DNA of 64,000 nucleotides from Meyerozyma guilliermondii (Eukaryota): NCBI GenBank assembly GCA_051546255.1, contig CP128817.1, positions 682,001 to 746,000 of the forward strand, read 5' to 3'. Shown piece by piece: positions 60,682 to 64,000 of this stretch (position 1 is its first letter; each line of letters starts with the position of its first letter). The notes under the pieces were generated by a model. It saw only the letters and a program-made list of their open reading frames with translations, ran no database searches and was not told where the DNA came from. The position numbers and the translations under genes were made by a program.

Positions 60682-61764
60682 ATGTATATTAGTGGCACAT
60701 ACTTTGCTAGTTGGTCCATATACCAGTACAAGCACTTTGTGACAGATCTTCCGGTTGCAGATATAACCCATGTGTTCTATGCCTTTATGAAAATAGATCC
60801 CAACACTGGTGAAGTCCAGTTAGGTGATAGCTGGGCAGATGCAGAAATCCCGCTCGAGTCACCCTGTGGAGGTCACCAGGTCAAGGGGAGCTTGGGACAG
60901 CTTTATGAATTGAAGAAGAAACGCCGGTATCTCAAAACTTTGATGTCGATTGGAGGCTGGGGTACAAACGACACATTTGTAGCAGCATTTCTGACCGAGC
61001 AAAAGATGAATACGTTTGTGAAAAGTGCAGTCACCATGGCCAATTGCTACCATTTTGATGGTATTGATATAGACTGGGAGTATCCAAGCACTGATGCTGA
61101 AGCTAGGCAATTGCTTGAAGTATTGTACAGACTAAGAGTGGCTTTGGGTCCCGACCGTCTTATTTCAGTAGCTTGTCCTGGTGGAGACGATACCTTTGCT
61201 ATTCTCAGACCGCATCTTCCTGCCATGGATAAGTACTTGTCTTTTTGGAACGTCATGTGCTATGACTATGCTGGTAAGTCGTGGTCTCAAAAGACCGGTT
61301 TCCACTCGAATCTCTTTGGCCATAATGGAGATAATCTGATGAGTTCTGACTCCATAATCACCAAATACCATGAAGCTGGAGTTCTTCGCCATAAATTGGT
61401 ACTAGGAATGCCTGCTTATGCCAGGGCTTTCGCCAACCCAGCCCAACCCAGCATTGGCCTGCCTTTCGATAAATCTACGGGACCTGATGACTTGGAGTAC
61501 AAAAACATATCCGAGAAATACGAACAATTCGACCATCGCAAGGTCTCTGCGTTTGCAATGGATAGTTCTCGTGGATTGTTCCTCACGTACGACAGCCCGA
61601 TTTCTGCAAGAATCAAAGCCAAGTATGTCGAGCTGAAGCAATTGGCAGGCGGAATGTGGTGGTGCTCGTATGGGGACCAGCCAGGAGAGCGGTCGCTCGT
61701 TGGTGCGTTTGTAGATCAGCTTGGAAGGTCGAATTTGGACCACACCAACAACTACTGTAGCTGA
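60682..61764 (+). CDS. CTS2: GH18 chitinase without signal peptide (Cts2/Cht4-like)
   Basis: YFASWSIY, THVFYAF, SIGGWG, FDGIDIDWEYP catalytic DxDxE, NVMCYDY, LAGGMWW; convergent with VPS74 as in S. cerevisiae. Confidence 0.88.
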   Translation: MYISGTYFASWSIYQYKHFVTDLPVADITHVFYAFMKIDPNTGEVQLGDSWADAEIPLESPCGGHQVKGSLGQLYELKKKRRYLKTLMSIGGWGTNDTFVAAFLTEQKMNTFVKSAVTMANCYHFDGIDIDWEYPSTDAEARQLLEVLYRLRVALGPDRLISVACPGGDDTFAILRPHLPAMDKYLSFWNVMCYDYAGKSWSQKTGFHSNLFGHNGDNLMSSDSIITKYHEAGVLRHKLVLGMPAYARAFANPAQPSIGLPFDKSTGPDDLEYKNISEKYEQFDHRKVSAFAMDSSRGLFLTYDSPISARIKAKYVELKQLAGGMWWCSYGDQPGERSLVGAFVDQLGRSNLDHTNNYCS

Positions 61765-61789
61765 TAAAGTTTGTCATTATATGTATAAT

Positions 61790-62839
61790 CTACAAAATGG
61801 AGTCCATTCTTGCAAACACGCTGAGCACGGCCGCGATGAGCTCCAATTGCAATTCATCGGCAGAGCATATTTCTGTTTCGTGGGCTATTTCTTGGCCCAA
61901 GTTGGTACCCAAACCTAATGGGCTCTGGTGCGACCGCAAGTTGAAGGGGTAGTCTCCAAAATCAGCCAACAACTCGTCTGCTCTAGCGAAGGCCTGATCT
62001 CGCTTGTCATAGTTGAGAGTGGTTAGGACATTCTCGAGAACATTGGCAGCGTGCGAACCACATACCAAAGCTACCGACCGCAAGTAGCGGAAAGACGTTT
62101 CTTTGGGGAACTGATCGCTGCTCACGGAGTCCATGTCCACCGTACGTGCGGTAAGAAGGTTGAGAATCCGGTTTTTAATATGTTCTTTGGACATCTTGTC
62201 GGCTACCGGATGAGTCGCCATGTCAAACAAAAAGAAGCTTTTACGTTCTGTGCGCAAAATGCCTTTGTCTACGAGGCCCTTGGCCAACCGTTCACGCACC
62301 TGTTTCAATTGATAGTTGATCTTCATCAAATTCCACGTTTCGCCCGATAAAAGATCGATCCAGTTGGTCACCGACAAATGCGACTCATCGTTCTTCATGA
62401 TGCGAAGAGCCTCGTCCAATAACACCTCTCCAGTAGGCTCCGAGTCCACCACCTGGACCAAACGGTCGGCCAATTCGAACCTTCTACGAGCAGGGTCGTT
62501 GACCAAGGTAATTTTGTTGCGGAATGCCAATTCCAACAAAATACACCCACGCAAAGCATAGGAAATGTTGTCGTTCCAGAACGACAAGTAGCCCTCTCTG
62601 TCCTTGAGGCCCATAAGAAGCACTTCCTCCATCAACGTCAACAATGGTAGGTTCAATGTTTTGCTATCGGCGATGTCGCGTGAATCGATGCCAATCTTGT
62701 GGTCGATAATTTCGCTGTCTCCTTCATCAAATTCACCAGAGGTTCTCTTGGAGCCTGGAGCGGGACTACCCGAACCTCCTCCTGCGCCCGCGGCTCTTCG
62801 ACCGCCTCCGCGGCGCTTTTGCAAACCAGAACTCGACAT
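61790..62839 (-). CDS. VPS74: Golgi PI4P effector Vps74/GOLPH3
   Basis: GLQKRR N-terminus, [57 protein letters not shown]. Confidence 0.97.
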   Translation of the reverse strand: MSSSGLQKRRGGGRRAAGAGGGSGSPAPGSKRTSGEFDEGDSEIIDHKIGIDSRDIADSKTLNLPLLTLMEEVLLMGLKDREGYLSFWNDNISYALRGCILLELAFRNKITLVNDPARRRFELADRLVQVVDSEPTGEVLLDEALRIMKNDESHLSVTNWIDLLSGETWNLMKINYQLKQVRERLAKGLVDKGILRTERKSFFLFDMATHPVADKMSKEHIKNRILNLLTARTVDMDSVSSDQFPKETSFRYLRSVALVCGSHAANVLENVLTTLNYDKRDQAFARADELLADFGDYPFNLRSHQSPLGLGTNLGQEIAHETEICSADELQLELIAAVLSVFARMDSIL

Positions 62840-63380
62840 GATTATACCGTCGTTGAGGTGGATTTCAGCTAGATTTTGGATTTCGGCAGATGCAGGAGCT
62901 CTGCTGGAGCCTGTGATTGTGAAAGCTTATGGTAGGGAAAGAGACTGAAATGAGCCGAAAAGCTACCTAAATGATAGTTGATAATGATGTGAAGCTCTGT
63001 GCTTGGTTTCGAGACTCAATTGCCAATTTTGGTCCATTTACATGTGTCTTTCTCCTTGTGCGATTATGTAATTTCCGTAACTACATAGCCTGGGTCCTTT
63101 TCTTATATGCCGACCGCGTGTACAAAGATACTATTGATGGATTAGTGGTACCGACAGCATTAACCTCAAACTCAAGAAAGCCGCAGAAAGCCGCGGAGAA
63201 TTGAAAGCTCTTACTATAAGCTGAATTTCAGTGGATTATAACAAGCAACACCATCTCTTATTTGGACTCAGATACGATCCAATTGCAGCTTGTTGGTGGT
63301 TCTGGTTCGTGATTATACCATCACTACCTATTATAGCTCAATTTCGATCAAAGATTCTTGATCCTTCCACCTAAGAGACT

Positions 63381-63420
63381 CACCACATTTAATCACCACC
63401 TTTAATCACCAACTTTAATC
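63381..63420 (+). repeat. 13-bp tandem repeat CACCA(..)TTTAAT x3 in the leader of the last gene
   Basis: caccacatttaat caccacctttaat caccaactttaat. Confidence 0.8.
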
Positions 63421-63431
63421 CTTTGTTCCAA

Positions 63432-64000
63432 ATGTTATCTCCCACGTTTACCAACAATAGCGATGAACCCCACACCCCCGATAGAGACGATTATGTTTCG
63501 TTCCCTATGTTTCCTGAACCCCAGGATGACCGTGAAACCAGCTTCGGCCGTATACTATCCAGAACACTCCGCAAGGTGACCTCCAATGCGTCACATCTTG
63601 TTCAGAATTATGCCAACAAGAGTGACGACGATGATGAAGAAAATGCTGGTCCGGTCCGATTGCCCAATCTCGCCTCCACCATACTGGGTGCCGAAGATAT
63701 TGACTCGGTTCCACACATATATGCATCTGGACCGGCTGTTTCTCATGTGGATTCAGTGCAAACAAGCATTGAGGAACTGACTAAAGAACCAAATCCACCT
63801 CGTCCTCGTGAATTTCCTGATAAATCAGCAACAACAGAATCAGTTCCACTGACTTTGCCTCCACCAGTAGTGATGTCTGATAGGCATAGTCTTCGGTTAT
63901 CGACAATGTCGGTACCGAAGCTTTCGGCAGTGGATACTAGTTCTGTGCGTTATGCAAGAGAAGAGATAAATGCCACTGCCTCTCTTCTTCCAGCGCCTCA
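63432..64000 (+). CDS. 5' part of a gene running off the window (absent from the ORF track); possibly the PI3P 5-kinase Fab1
   Basis: Frame open from ATG 63432 to the window end: MLSPTFTNNSDEPHTPDRDDYVSFPMFPEPQDDRETSFGRILSRTLRKVTSNAS...; the VSFP..PEP...SF.RIL.RT.RKVT segment recalls Candida Fab1 N-termini, but no catalytic domain is visible. Confidence 0.6.
   Translation, partial: MLSPTFTNNSDEPHTPDRDDYVSFPMFPEPQDDRETSFGRILSRTLRKVTSNASHLVQNYANKSDDDDEENAGPVRLPNLASTILGAEDIDSVPHIYASGPAVSHVDSVQTSIEELTKEPNPPRPREFPDKSATTESVPLTLPPPVVMSDRHSLRLSTMSVPKLSAVDTSSVRYAREEINATASLLPAP

Noticed and set aside
62971..63204. 77-aa ORF or C/D snoRNA in the VPS74 upstream region
   Set aside because: No recognisable protein motif; the box C candidate is imperfect with no terminal stem or clear guide.

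Overview
Gene-dense eukaryotic (budding yeast) chromosomal DNA with about 36 protein-coding genes, no recognisable tRNA/rRNA genes, CRISPR arrays or intact transposons. CTG codons fall at positions where orthologues conserve Ser (SEC13, UBP14, MSW1, SAS2, NFU1), so the organism uses the alternative yeast nuclear code (CUG-Ser1 clade; Debaryomycetaceae/Meyerozyma-like is an inference). The supplied ORF track therefore mistranslates CTG and often starts at near-cognate codons; starts below are corrected to the likely ATG. Gene order: CKB2(3' part), MSW1, SPT21/Ams2-like, [unknown N-terminal domain]-PNP1 fusion, SEC13, FAR3-like, STB2/6, NCS1 permease, ECM18/CLD1-like hydrolase, PLB, NFU1, Mmc1-like, SMF3, RSC58, two tandem secreted aspartyl proteases, HNM1-like, ERC1-like MATE, DFG5, YMR130W-like HAD, Zn2Cys6 TF, APM2, MCO14-like, orphan secreted protein, POM152, ECM16/DHR1, NYV1 (intron), DPB4, SAS2, RAD5, ARO3 (intron), UBP14, GH18 chitinase, VPS74, and the 5' end of a probable FAB1. 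The most notable signal is the purine nucleoside phosphorylase gene, which carries a ~260-aa in-frame N-terminal extension resembling a Ty1/copia (Tca2-type) Gag with no LTR or pol: a candidate domesticated Gag-enzyme fusion. Also notable are a secreted orphan with an aerolysin/ETX-like beta-hairpin pattern, two introns with branchpoints nearly abutting the acceptor, and shared Stp-type motifs upstream of three secreted hydrolases. Gene names rest on motif recognition and recalled S. cerevisiae synteny, not on database searches.
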